This document shows, piece after piece, positions 17,706 through 27,095 of a DNA stretch of 64,000 nt. Within the stretch, counting starts at the first letter, position 1, and every line of letters starts with the position of its first letter. This DNA is from Phycisphaeraceae bacterium (GTDB taxonomy: Bacteria > Planctomycetota > Phycisphaerae > Phycisphaerales > Phycisphaeraceae), in assembly GCA_963674705.1 (NCBI GenBank), contig OY771506.1, forward strand, positions 5,056,001 through 5,120,000, in the 5' to 3' direction. The notes under the pieces are model-generated. The model was not told the origin of the DNA. It ran no database searches and saw nothing but the letters and a program-made list of their open reading frames with translations. Position numbers and translations under genes: made by a program.

Positions 17706-19508
17706 GTGGGCACGATTACCAAACCAATCAACAGGCATGGGACACGAACATTACCCGCTGTCATGATTGCAAGCTTATGTCTGATCCTATGTGCCACGAC
17801 GAGGGCTCAATCCGTCCGTTCGTACGTCGATCATAGCGACATCCTTTCAACCATCGTCTCAGATGTGGACCTTTGGAACGGCGGGCTCGCGGGTACATCA
17901 GGTATGGGCGTCTACAACGCGCCACAGACCTACGACCCGAGCTTTTGCGGTTTGTTCTACACCCATCTGAACCGCGACTGGTCGCAGGACAATTATCCCA
18001 ACGGCAACCTTACCTCCATCTCTCAGGCACGCGCGATCTACTCCAACATCATGGCTTACCAAAGCGCGATCGAACTTGAGCAGGACGCGAGTCGATTTGC
18101 ATCGGCTGTTAGTGCAGGTGCGGATTACCTGCTCAGTTGCGACATGTGGGACGGAACCTACGATGGATGGTTCTGGGGTGTCAGGGTCGGATCGATCGTC
18201 TACAGCACACGCAAAACATCCTACGGCCAGGTCCACCCCGTCTTCGCGCTGGCGCAGGCATACACGATCACCGGCAACGAAGATTACCTCAACGGCGCGC
18301 TCGCTGGATGGGACGCATACGCCACACACAAGACCGACACGTGTTATACCGGTGCTTATCTCGGTGATTCTCAATGTGACTGGTCCAGCCCCGGTTCACG
18401 CAATCTTGATTACATGTGTCATACCTTCGAGACACAATTCACCCTCTGGCAATCTTTACCCGACGGCCATGCACGCAAAGACGAAGTGCGACAATTGCTT
18501 GAAGACACAGGCAACCACATCGTCACTCGCATGATCCACCAGATGCAGGGGACGGGTAACGAAGACAAAGCCTTTATCCCCTGGTATTACGATGAGACTT
18601 GGACGCCGGACATGAGAGAGCCGGAACCGAGCGATATCTGGGGCGGGCACTGGCGTTACGCTTCGCCGGGCCATCAGTTCGAGTATGCGTTCCTGTTAAG
18701 CCGTGCGGTGGAGTACGGCGCGGTCGATGCCGCGACAAGCCAACAGTGGTTGGATAAGTCAGAGAAACTCATCAATTACGCATTGGAATACGCGTTCGGT
18801 GATGTAGGTGACTCAACTGCCGATCCGCTAGATGAATACCAGGGCGTGTTGTATGAGCGCCTGGACTTCGGCGCGGTATTTGATCAGGGTGTGCCGGTGA
18901 TTCCCGAAGACAACGGTACACAGTTAATCCCGACGCTGAGTTGGTGGCCTCAGGCCGAGGCGGCGCGTGCACTGGCGCACTGGGCGCAGGTGAGAGGCAA
19001 AACCGAATGGTGGGACGAGTTCAACGCGGTCTACAGCCTTATCGAAGACAAGCTGGTCGATCAGACTTATGGCGGTTGGTACTTCAGCCTCGACCCCAAC
19101 ACATGCCAACCCGTCAACCTGTGGGGCGTAACCGATACCGACAAAGCCAGCGAATGGAAGGTGAACTACCACGCGGTAATGCTGTACGCAGAGCTTGCGC
19201 GATTAGCAGTGCCGATCATCGGCGACCTCAACAACGACGGCTTCGTCGGCCTCGACGACCTTGACATCATCCTGCTGAACTGGAACCAGACCGTTGCAGC
19301 AGGCGATCTGCTTGCAGGTGATCCCTCTGGTGATGGTTATGTCGGCTTGGATGATCTTGACCTGCTGCTCAATAACTGGAACGCGGGAACGCCACCCAAC
19401 ATATCTCACGCAACTGATATCCCTGAACCTGTCGCATTTTTAACATGGTTGATTGCATCAAGCTTCTGTGTAAAAAGTAAGCGACATGTCCACAATATTC
19501 GTAACTAG
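17706..19508 (+). CDS. Secreted AGE-superfamily (N-acylglucosamine/cellobiose 2-epimerase-like) protein with dockerin-like module and PEP-CTERM-like tail
   Basis: QARAIY, MCHTFE, SPGHQFE, WWPQAEA, YGGWY, WKVNYH; GDLNNDGFVGLDDLD; IPEP. Confidence 0.82.
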   Translation: MGTITKPINRHGTRTLPAVMIASLCLILCATTRAQSVRSYVDHSDILSTIVSDVDLWNGGLAGTSGMGVYNAPQTYDPSFCGLFYTHLNRDWSQDNYPNGNLTSISQARAIYSNIMAYQSAIELEQDASRFASAVSAGADYLLSCDMWDGTYDGWFWGVRVGSIVYSTRKTSYGQVHPVFALAQAYTITGNEDYLNGALAGWDAYATHKTDTCYTGAYLGDSQCDWSSPGSRNLDYMCHTFETQFTLWQSLPDGHARKDEVRQLLEDTGNHIVTRMIHQMQGTGNEDKAFIPWYYDETWTPDMREPEPSDIWGGHWRYASPGHQFEYAFLLSRAVEYGAVDAATSQQWLDKSEKLINYALEYAFGDVGDSTADPLDEYQGVLYERLDFGAVFDQGVPVIPEDNGTQLIPTLSWWPQAEAARALAHWAQVRGKTEWWDEFNAVYSLIEDKLVDQTYGGWYFSLDPNTCQPVNLWGVTDTDKASEWKVNYHAVMLYAELARLAVPIIGDLNNDGFVGLDDLDIILLNWNQTVAAGDLLAGDPSGDGYVGLDDLDLLLNNWNAGTPPNISHATDIPEPVAFLTWLIASSFCVKSKRHVHNIRN

Positions 19509-19602
19509 TTTTTCTAACGGCCGATACCGATATCTCAAAACATATAAGACTTATTTCCATACCCACCCACAAACGCCCCACTACACGCTATCCTAAGAAG
19601 AT

Positions 19603-21156
19603 ATGTACGCTTCACACGGATTCTTGCGATCGGATATCGGTGATGTGGATATCGTCTATCACGGCGGGCTGTATCACCTGTTTCACCTGATTCTGCCCAA
19701 CCACGACTTTATCGCCCACGCCGTCAGCGAAGACGGGATGAACTGGCGGCGGGTAACCAATGCACTATTCGTCTCTGAACCCGGCAACTGGGACGACGAT
19801 ATGCTCTGGACGATGCACATCACGCCCGACCCTTATCAAGAGGGTCATTGGCGGATGTTCTATACCGGGCTGTCCCGCAGCGAGTACGGCCGGGTCCAGC
19901 GTGTCGGATTGGCTCGCTCATCCGACCTGTACCACTGGACACGCGACAACACCGCCAGCTATCCAATTCAGGCGCAGGCAGATCACTATGAATCCAGCAT
20001 CAGTGAGGGCAGGCACTGGGTCAGCTTCCGCGATCCGTTTTTCTATCGTGACCCGGATTCGGGCGATCACCTGCTGCTGACCTCGGCGCGCATCAAGCAC
20101 GGGCCTTTGATACGTCGTGGCTGCGTGGGGGTCGTTCGTGAATACGAGCCGAACAAGTTCATGTCGATGAAGCCGCTGCACCATCCGGGGCTGTACGACG
20201 ACATCGAAGTGCCGAACCTGTTCCGGCTTAACGGGCGCTACTTCCTGCTAGGCTCGATCCGCGAAGACACGAAGGTCCACTACTGGTATTCCGACAACCT
20301 GTACGGGCCTTACGAAAACTTCTTCGACAACGTGCTGCTTCCCCGCGGCAACTACGCCGCACGCATCTGCCACGACGGCAACCGTCTATTGCTGTTCAAT
20401 TTTTTCGCCAAAGAAGAAGCCGTCTCCGGCCAACGGATCGTCCGTAAATTGCTCCCCCCGCCCAAGGAACTCGACACGGATGAAACGGGCCGGCTACGGT
20501 TACGCTCTTACTACCGTTTTGATGACTTTGTCACCGAAGAGCACGAAGTTTCTAAAAGTAATGGGATGGAGCAATTGTTCCACAACCCACTGGCGACATA
20601 CGAACACTTCGACAATGCCCTGCACCTGAAGTGCCCAAGCGGCTACGAAGCATTCCTGCTGCCCGGTGACTACGAACACATGCGCCTGCACGCCAGGATC
20701 GGGCTGCTGGGTTCGGGCAAGTGCGGCATGGTGCTGCGTGTCGATTCGGAAGGCAACGGCTATTACCTGTCGCTGGACCTGATCAAAGGCCTCGCACAGA
20801 TCCGCGCCTGGGGAGAGAACGAAGGGCGGGAGCACGACCGCGCGTTTGATTACAAACAATTGCAGGCCGGCCACTTCGTCAACACCGGCCAAGGCCCGTG
20901 GACGATCGACGTCGTCGTGCATGGCATGTACCTGGAAGTCTCGATCAACGGCTACGTCACACTCAGCCTGGTCGACGACACGTACCACACCGGCCGCTGC
21001 GGTTTCTATGCCGAGTCCGCCACGATCCGTGTGGAAGAACTCTTTGTAGATAAACTCTCGCCTCCCAAGGAAGCCGAGGAACACGGCCCGCTCTATACCG
21101 CCGCAGTGAGTCCCGATGAAGATCCGCCGGTCGGCATGCCAGATACCAGAAAATGA
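19603..21156 (+). CDS. GH32-family beta-fructosidase-like hydrolase, no signal peptide
   Basis: GDVDIVYHGGLYHLF, HAVSEDG, WDDDMLWT, FRDP, IEVP; C-terminal beta-sandwich. Confidence 0.82.
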   Translation: MYASHGFLRSDIGDVDIVYHGGLYHLFHLILPNHDFIAHAVSEDGMNWRRVTNALFVSEPGNWDDDMLWTMHITPDPYQEGHWRMFYTGLSRSEYGRVQRVGLARSSDLYHWTRDNTASYPIQAQADHYESSISEGRHWVSFRDPFFYRDPDSGDHLLLTSARIKHGPLIRRGCVGVVREYEPNKFMSMKPLHHPGLYDDIEVPNLFRLNGRYFLLGSIREDTKVHYWYSDNLYGPYENFFDNVLLPRGNYAARICHDGNRLLLFNFFAKEEAVSGQRIVRKLLPPPKELDTDETGRLRLRSYYRFDDFVTEEHEVSKSNGMEQLFHNPLATYEHFDNALHLKCPSGYEAFLLPGDYEHMRLHARIGLLGSGKCGMVLRVDSEGNGYYLSLDLIKGLAQIRAWGENEGREHDRAFDYKQLQAGHFVNTGQGPWTIDVVVHGMYLEVSINGYVTLSLVDDTYHTGRCGFYAESATIRVEELFVDKLSPPKEAEEHGPLYTAAVSPDEDPPVGMPDTRK

Positions 21157-21902
21157 ATACGACAGATGATACAAACAGCACAGCCGACACTACCTCATTA
21201 CTCATCAGCGATGTGGACGACACACTGACCGGTGACGATGCCGCATTGCAGCGATTAAGCGATGCGCTGCGATCGCAAAGAACACGTTTGCTGGTCTCTG
21301 TCAACTCCAGCCGACCCGCGCCCAGCGTGCAACGAACATTGGATGAAAAGTTCCCCGCCGGCTTCCCTCTCGATGCCATGATCACCGCGATGGGCACGGA
21401 AGTCCGAATCAACGGCACACCGGTTGCGGCATGGTCAAAACGCTTTGAGGGCTGGCCCCGTGATAAAATCGAACAGGTTGTGCTCTCGCTCGGACACCGC
21501 GCTCACGATGCGGAATTCCAGACGCCTTACAAAGCGAGTTTCGCGGTCGAAGGCGCTGAGGCGCTGCTGGAAGTTACAAAAGCATTAGAAAACGCGGGTT
21601 TACCCTGTCGATTGATCGCATCCGGCAAAGACGATCTGGATATACTGCCGCCCGGTGCGGGCAAGGATCATGCAACGCTATTCCTGGCTGAACAACTGGG
21701 CGCAGGCAAACAAGGCTTTGTTGTAGCCGGTGATTCGGCAAACGACCTGGCGATGTTTCGTGTCGCGCCGCGCGCCATCGCGGTGGGCAACGCTCGCGCC
21801 GAATTAATCGATGCGATGCCGCGCGAAACTTCCTATCATGCAAGAGCAAAACACGCGGCTGGTGTGCATGAAGGGCTTAAACACTACCGTCTTTTTCCCT
21901 GA
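21153..21902 (+). CDS. HAD-IIB sucrose-phosphatase/mannosylfructose-phosphate phosphatase-like protein
   Basis: LISDVDDTL, LDILPPGAGK, VAGDSANDLAM, AVGNA; ATGA overlap with the GH32 gene. Confidence 0.85.
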   Translation: MNTTDDTNSTADTTSLLISDVDDTLTGDDAALQRLSDALRSQRTRLLVSVNSSRPAPSVQRTLDEKFPAGFPLDAMITAMGTEVRINGTPVAAWSKRFEGWPRDKIEQVVLSLGHRAHDAEFQTPYKASFAVEGAEALLEVTKALENAGLPCRLIASGKDDLDILPPGAGKDHATLFLAEQLGAGKQGFVVAGDSANDLAMFRVAPRAIAVGNARAELIDAMPRETSYHARAKHAAGVHEGLKHYRLFP

Positions 21903-22024
21903 AAAATCCGCATTTTTTCGGTTTGTGTTGATTTAGCTCATACATCGGCTAAACTCACTTATTCACTTATCTATCTTCCGTGCACCAATTACTGCCAAGG
22001 AACCAAACCAGAAAAGCAAAAACA

Positions 22025-23314
22025 ATGTCACCAAAACCACACGGCTCCATCCTGATGATTTCCCTGCACGGCTACGTCGCCGCCGAACCCGAACTCGGGC
22101 TGCCCGATACCGGCGGACAAGTCGTCTTTGTTCTTGAACTCGCTAAACGTTTCGCACGCCTCGGCTACCATGTTGATGTCCTCACTCGCCGATTCGAAAA
22201 ACAACCGGCGCAAGATAAAGTCAACGCCAACCTGCGCGTCTGGCGTGTTCCCTTCGGCGGATCGGGATTTATCCGCAAGGAGGACATGCACGACCACCTG
22301 CAGGACTTCGTCAACAACACGCTTGCCGAAATCCGCAAGCGCGGCCAGCAATACGATGTGGTCAACAGCCACTACTGGGACGCGGGCCACGCCGGTCAGA
22401 AGATCGCCGAAGAACTGCAGATCCCGCACATCCACACGCCCCACTCACTCGGCTGGTGGAAACAGCAGCGCATGAACAGCAACCGCGGCGAGAGCGGCGG
22501 CAACTACCGCTTTGAAGAACGCATCCAAAAAGAGTTCATGCTATACCGCAACTGCGACCATATCATCGCCACCAGCGAGCAGCAGGTCGACCTGATCGAA
22601 AAGGAGTATCAGTTGCCCCGCGAGCACATCACGATGATCCCGCCGGGCATCGATGAAAACCGCTTCACGCCCAGGCCGTACACCGATGTGGAAGGCGTCC
22701 GCAAGAAACTGAAGATGCGCGAAACCGATGTCTACATCGTCGGCCGCGCCGCTCACAATAAAGGCTACGACCTCGCGATCAAAGCCCTGCCCCACCTGCG
22801 CAAGCTCCAGCCCAAGGCCCGGCTCGTTCTCGCCGCCGGCGCCAATTCCAAGCAGGACAAGAAGCTGCTGTCCAAATGGAAGAAGATGGCCGAGAAACAC
22901 GGCGTCAACCGGCACATCAAGTGGCTCGGTTACATCGATGACAAAGACCTGGCCGATTACTACTGCGCCCCGGGCGTCTTCGCGCTGCCTTCACGTTACG
23001 AACCGTTCGGCATGACCGCCGTCGAAGCCATGGCCTGCGGCACCCCCACCGTGCTGACCAATCACGGCGGGCTCCACGAGCAGATCGAGTTCGGCAAGCA
23101 CGCCCTCGTCGCCGATCCCAAGCGCCCCGAAGAGTTCGCCACCATGCTCAGCATGCCGATGCAGTACCCCTGGCTGCGTGAGACACTCGTCGTCGAGGGC
23201 GCCCGCTTCGCCCGCCGCGTCTTCGGCTGGACCGGCATCGCCCGACGAACGCTGCGTATTTTCGACCAATTCAAGGGCCGATACGCTGAATATCAGGACC
23301 CCGAACCGATCTGA
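22025..23314 (+). CDS. mfpsA: GT4 glycosyltransferase, mannosylfructose-phosphate synthase/SPS-like
   Basis: ISLHGYVAA..LG..DTGGQVVFVLELA, NSHYWDAG, HTPHSLG, PSRYEPFGMTAVEAMACG, FGWTGIA resemble Agrobacterium MfpsA. Confidence 0.75.
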   Translation: MSPKPHGSILMISLHGYVAAEPELGLPDTGGQVVFVLELAKRFARLGYHVDVLTRRFEKQPAQDKVNANLRVWRVPFGGSGFIRKEDMHDHLQDFVNNTLAEIRKRGQQYDVVNSHYWDAGHAGQKIAEELQIPHIHTPHSLGWWKQQRMNSNRGESGGNYRFEERIQKEFMLYRNCDHIIATSEQQVDLIEKEYQLPREHITMIPPGIDENRFTPRPYTDVEGVRKKLKMRETDVYIVGRAAHNKGYDLAIKALPHLRKLQPKARLVLAAGANSKQDKKLLSKWKKMAEKHGVNRHIKWLGYIDDKDLADYYCAPGVFALPSRYEPFGMTAVEAMACGTPTVLTNHGGLHEQIEFGKHALVADPKRPEEFATMLSMPMQYPWLRETLVVEGARFARRVFGWTGIARRTLRIFDQFKGRYAEYQDPEPI

Positions 23315-23344
23315 CACACCGGTTCGCCCAACGCGGGCAGAGGT

Positions 23345-23353
23345 TGATATAAT
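23345..23353 (+). promoter_or_regulatory. Extended -10 promoter element for tRNA-Val
   Basis: TGaTATAAT ending 10 nt upstream of the tRNA. Confidence 0.6.
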
Positions 23354-23363
23354 CCCGGGGCCC

Positions 23364-23437
23364 GGGCGATTAGCTCAGTTGGCTAGAGCGCTTCCCTTAC
23401 AAGGAAGAAGTCACAGGTTCGAGTCCTGTATCGCCCA
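23364..23437 (+). tRNA. tRNA-Val (TAC), CCA not encoded
   Basis: GGGCGAT-TAGCTCAGTTGGCTAGAGC-CTTCC-CTTACAA-GGAAG...GGTTCGAGTCC...ATCGCCCA. Confidence 0.96.
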
Positions 23438-23499
23438 TTAACGCATCTATTTCCGGCCCGTCTTGCTCGTTATTTTCCGGCCCCCTACCATCCACACCC

Positions 23500-24102
23500 A
23501 TGGAACGCGACTTCTGGAATCAACGTTACGCCGGTGACGGCCTGGTCTATGGCGATGAGCCGAACGACTTTCTTCGTGAGATGGCAGAGCATCTGCCCAA
23601 CTCGGGCAAGGCCCTCGATATCGGCGCGGGTGAAGGACGCAACGCCCTGTTCCTCGCCGCGCACGGCCTCGATGTCCTGGCTGTTGATCAAAGCGAGGTC
23701 GGCCTGGCTAAAGCAGAGCGCCTCGCCAAAGAACGCGGCCTGACCATCGAGACAAAGGTCGTCGACCTGGAGCGATTCGATGCCGAGCCGGGTTCATACG
23801 ATGTGATCAGTTCGATCTTCGTGCATCTGCCGAACAAGCTGCGTGCAGCCGTACTCAGTAACGTCTACGACTGGCTCGCGCCGGACGGCATCTTCATCAT
23901 CGAACAATACGCCCCCGACCAGATCGAGCGCGACACCGGCGGCCCCAAGGACCCGACGCGCCTCGCCTACCTGAACATCCTACGCGCCGAACTGATCGGC
24001 CTGAAGATCGAGCACCAGGCAGCACTCATCCGCGACGTCACCGAAGGCCCCCACCACACCGGCCCCGCCTCCGTCATCCAGCTCATGGCCCGAAAAGCCT
24101 GA
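23500..24102 (+). CDS. Class I SAM-dependent methyltransferase (TehB-like)
   Basis: FWNQRY..YG.EPNDFL, LDIGAGEGRNALFLA, AVDQS. Confidence 0.9.
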   Translation: MERDFWNQRYAGDGLVYGDEPNDFLREMAEHLPNSGKALDIGAGEGRNALFLAAHGLDVLAVDQSEVGLAKAERLAKERGLTIETKVVDLERFDAEPGSYDVISSIFVHLPNKLRAAVLSNVYDWLAPDGIFIIEQYAPDQIERDTGGPKDPTRLAYLNILRAELIGLKIEHQAALIRDVTEGPHHTGPASVIQLMARKA

Positions 24103-24328
24103 CTGCCCCTGTATAGCCGCGACCACCGATCGCGCCTCCTGAAAGGGCAAAATGCGCTTTCAGCCCCCCCAACCCCAGGAATCAGGCCCAAACCCGGATT
24201 CAGCCGATACTAGCGTATAAACCTCGCAGGCCCGGTCCAAGCCGTGTTCGTGCCCGATGGGGCCGGATCCGTTAAAATACTGGGCTGACCGGATTTGAGT
24301 GATTTTTGAGGTTCATGGAGCTAGCGGT

Positions 24329-24754
24329 TTGAGTACGAGTCGGATGTTGATAGCGGTCAGCAGCCCCTGGGCAAGCGAGAAGCTGGCCGAGCCGATCGCG
24401 GACATGGCCAAGCGCCTGGACGCCTCGGCGGTGGTTGCCCACGTCGCCCAGTTACAGGATGAAGACGAGCACGAATCCGACGCCACCCAGCGCGGCGAGG
24501 AAACGCTGAAGCTGCTGACCCAGACGCTCAAGACCGCCGGGATCGACGTCGAGAGCGTCATGCTCTTCTCGGATGATGTCGCCAAGGCGATCATGAACAC
24601 CGCTCACGCCAAGCAGTGCACGTTCATCGTGCTGGGCCTGACAGGCAAGGGCGTGCTTAAACGGCTGATCGCCGGGGACGTCCCCGCCAACATCATCCGC
24701 CAGGCCGACCTGCCCGTCCTCCTGTGCCCCGCCAACTGGAACGGCTCACTCTAA
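24329..24754 (+). CDS. Universal stress protein
   Basis: RMLIAV, IVLGLTG, IAGDVPANIIRQADLPVLL; TTG start after GGAG inferred. Confidence 0.85.
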   Translation: MSTSRMLIAVSSPWASEKLAEPIADMAKRLDASAVVAHVAQLQDEDEHESDATQRGEETLKLLTQTLKTAGIDVESVMLFSDDVAKAIMNTAHAKQCTFIVLGLTGKGVLKRLIAGDVPANIIRQADLPVLLCPANWNGSL

Positions 24755-24929
24755 ACACAGCATCAACCCTACCCCCAGGCGAGGCGTGCTTCAGCACGCT
24801 GGCGTTCTCACGCAACCGCACCTCATCACAAATACACGCGACAACACCACAAAACCCATGAATATCACCCCCCGCTTTAGTAAGATGACTTGCGGTCCAT
24901 CTTCAAAATGCAGTTGGAAGGTAAAGACG

Positions 24930-26291
24930 ATGCAATCCTATAAACCCCGCTTCGCCGCACTACTCGCGCTGCTGACAGCTTCCCTCTCAGCCCACGCAAC
25001 CATCACCGTCACGGATGTCGGACGATTCGACTTCACCGACAACGGAAGCTCCGGCGCACGCGAACTCAGCGGCCTCGCCTACAACGGCGGCTCGTCCTTC
25101 TCCGCCATCGGGGATAACGACGCGGTCGTCTACACGCTCGCGCTAGGCATCAACAGCAGCACAAGCCAGATCACTTCAGCAGCGATCGCCTCATCGAAAA
25201 CGACACTGCGAAGCGCCTCGGGCGCCACATTACCAGGCCCGGACCGCGAAGCGATCGCGATCCAGAACGGCCACTTTCTTATCGCAAATGAAACCGGTCC
25301 GCAGCTTGAAGCCTACTACGCATTCACCGGCTACCAGAACGGCTCGCCGATCACAACCACTCAGCCCGGGCTGGAAGTTTACAGCAACGTCAGGTCGAAC
25401 AAGGCGTGGGAATCGCTGGCGGTCTACCCATCGAAGAACACAATCGTGCTGTTCGGCAATGAAGACGCCCTGACCGTCGATGGCCCCGAAGCAAACTTCA
25501 CTGACGGCGCGATGGTCCGTATCCAGGCCGCGAACGTACTCGCCTCCAACTCCACCGCCACCGCCATCGGACAGTTCGCCTACCCGATCGATGCCATCAA
25601 CGGCGACAACCCCTTCGTCTCCGGCGAAACAAGCGGGCTCGTCGAACTGCTCGTTCTTGAAGACAACACCGTCCTGGCCATGGAACGATCCGTCGGATGG
25701 ACCGGCTACCGCATCCGCCTCTACAAAGTCAACGGCGACACCGCGACCGACATCAGCGGCCTTGCCGGATTGGACGGCTTAACCGCGGGCGTTGACTACA
25801 AGCCGTTAACCAAAACACTGCTTTGGGAACAGACTTTCGCGGCAACCACCAATTCCAACTTCGAAGGCATGACGGCCGGGCCGACAACGGAAGCGGGGCT
25901 GACACTGGTGTTGGTCGCGGACAACGCCTCGGGCCCGACGCTGCCGATCGTCGGGCAACTGTGGAACGCGAACGATCATTCGCTGTATTCACTGGCACTC
26001 AATGATTCCTCAACCGGTGGCGGTGAAATAACCGGCGACATCACCGATGACGGTTACGTCGGCCTGGATGACCTTGATGTCATCCTCAGCCGATGGAACC
26101 AGGTCGTCCTGCCCGGCAGCATGTCCGACCCGACAGTGGATGGTTATGTCGGACTCGACGATCTGGACCTTGTGCTCAGCAACTGGAATCAAGGCACGCC
26201 ACCACTCGGCATCACCGCGATCCCCGAACCCACCACCGCCCTGATTTTCAGCCTCTTCTCAACCTACCTCCTGCACGCCCGCACACATTAA
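24930..26291 (+). CDS. Phytase-like (esterase-like activity of phytase) propeller with dockerin-like module and PEP-CTERM
   Basis: ELSGLAY, DREAIA, NKAWESLA, LAMERS, NFEGMTAGP, VADN; GDITDDGYVGLDDLD; IPEPTT. Confidence 0.82.
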   Translation: MQSYKPRFAALLALLTASLSAHATITVTDVGRFDFTDNGSSGARELSGLAYNGGSSFSAIGDNDAVVYTLALGINSSTSQITSAAIASSKTTLRSASGATLPGPDREAIAIQNGHFLIANETGPQLEAYYAFTGYQNGSPITTTQPGLEVYSNVRSNKAWESLAVYPSKNTIVLFGNEDALTVDGPEANFTDGAMVRIQAANVLASNSTATAIGQFAYPIDAINGDNPFVSGETSGLVELLVLEDNTVLAMERSVGWTGYRIRLYKVNGDTATDISGLAGLDGLTAGVDYKPLTKTLLWEQTFAATTNSNFEGMTAGPTTEAGLTLVLVADNASGPTLPIVGQLWNANDHSLYSLALNDSSTGGGEITGDITDDGYVGLDDLDVILSRWNQVVLPGSMSDPTVDGYVGLDDLDLVLSNWNQGTPPLGITAIPEPTTALIFSLFSTYLLHARTH

Positions 26292-26344
26292 CCCCATATA
26301 GCCCCCGGCTTGCCGAGGATAATGCTGCTGTGCTTCATTGCCCC

Positions 26345-26449
26345 ATGCGCGCGAGCCGGCGGCTCGCGGCTATTGAATTCAAATGAATACTTCTGCTGCA
26401 CCCTATTGCTTGCGCACCCAATAGCCGCGAGTTGCCGGCTCGCGCGCAT
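26345..26449. repeat. Inverted-repeat doublet (family G)
   Basis: 31-bp arms at 26345-26375 and 26419-26449 match 29/31, each internally palindromic; 43-bp spacer. Confidence 0.85.
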
Positions 26450-26593
26450 TGAATACACAACCCGACCAGCATTCTCGGGCTATATGTCCAAGCAACATCC
26501 ATTAAGATGATCCCGCATACCGATGTGTTATGCAGGAGAGAACCACTGGCCCGTAAAAAACCAACACGAAGAAAGAAGCTGCGCACACGCCTG

Positions 26594-26938
26594 ATGCCCC
26601 TTGCGCGCCGCCGCATGTTGGCTATCCGGATGACGTGGGCGGTCGTGGCGCTGCAGGGTGCGTTGCTGTTGACACTCGCGCTGACGCCAAGCGATCCGCC
26701 GGACGGCCCGCACCTGCTGCAACTCATCTGGGCATCCATGCATCGCCCGACGTTCTACCCGCTTATCGCGCTGCTGTGCGCCGGCCCACCTCTGACTTTC
26801 TTAGCCTGGCGCTCACGCGGCGAACACCGGGCCGTACTTATTCTTAGCTGGATCGTTTTCCTCGCCGTCATGTCAACGGCATTCGGCGAACGATCGCTGG
26901 TGATGCTGCGCATCCTCTGGTGGCACGTGAATCAATAG
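26594..26938 (+). CDS. Hypothetical membrane protein
   Basis: Three hydrophobic segments; start uncertain (ORF from 26507). Confidence 0.6.
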   Translation: MPLARRRMLAIRMTWAVVALQGALLLTLALTPSDPPDGPHLLQLIWASMHRPTFYPLIALLCAGPPLTFLAWRSRGEHRAVLILSWIVFLAVMSTAFGERSLVMLRILWWHVNQ

Positions 26939-26954
26939 AAGTGTTTTTGCTTTG

Positions 26955-27082
26955 TCCCATCTCCCCTTGGGAGAAGGTTAGGATGAGGGCCGGGTTGATT
27001 ACGCGATCTTATTCGCAAACAAGAACCAAATAACACTGGCCCTCACCCCGGCCATATTCCGGGGGCTCCCGAGGGCAGAGGG
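26955..27082. repeat. Palindromic doublet (family E, CCCTCACCCC..CTCCC..GGGAGAGGG type)
   Basis: Two inverted arms; the whole unit recurs inverted at 58881-59006. Confidence 0.85.
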
Positions 27083-27095
27083 TGGTAAATCAATG

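Noticed and set aside
8753..23437. tRNA-anchored genomic island at tRNA-Glu or tRNA-Val
   Set aside because: No integrase and no duplicated tRNA 3' end found by eye; housekeeping genes lie in between.
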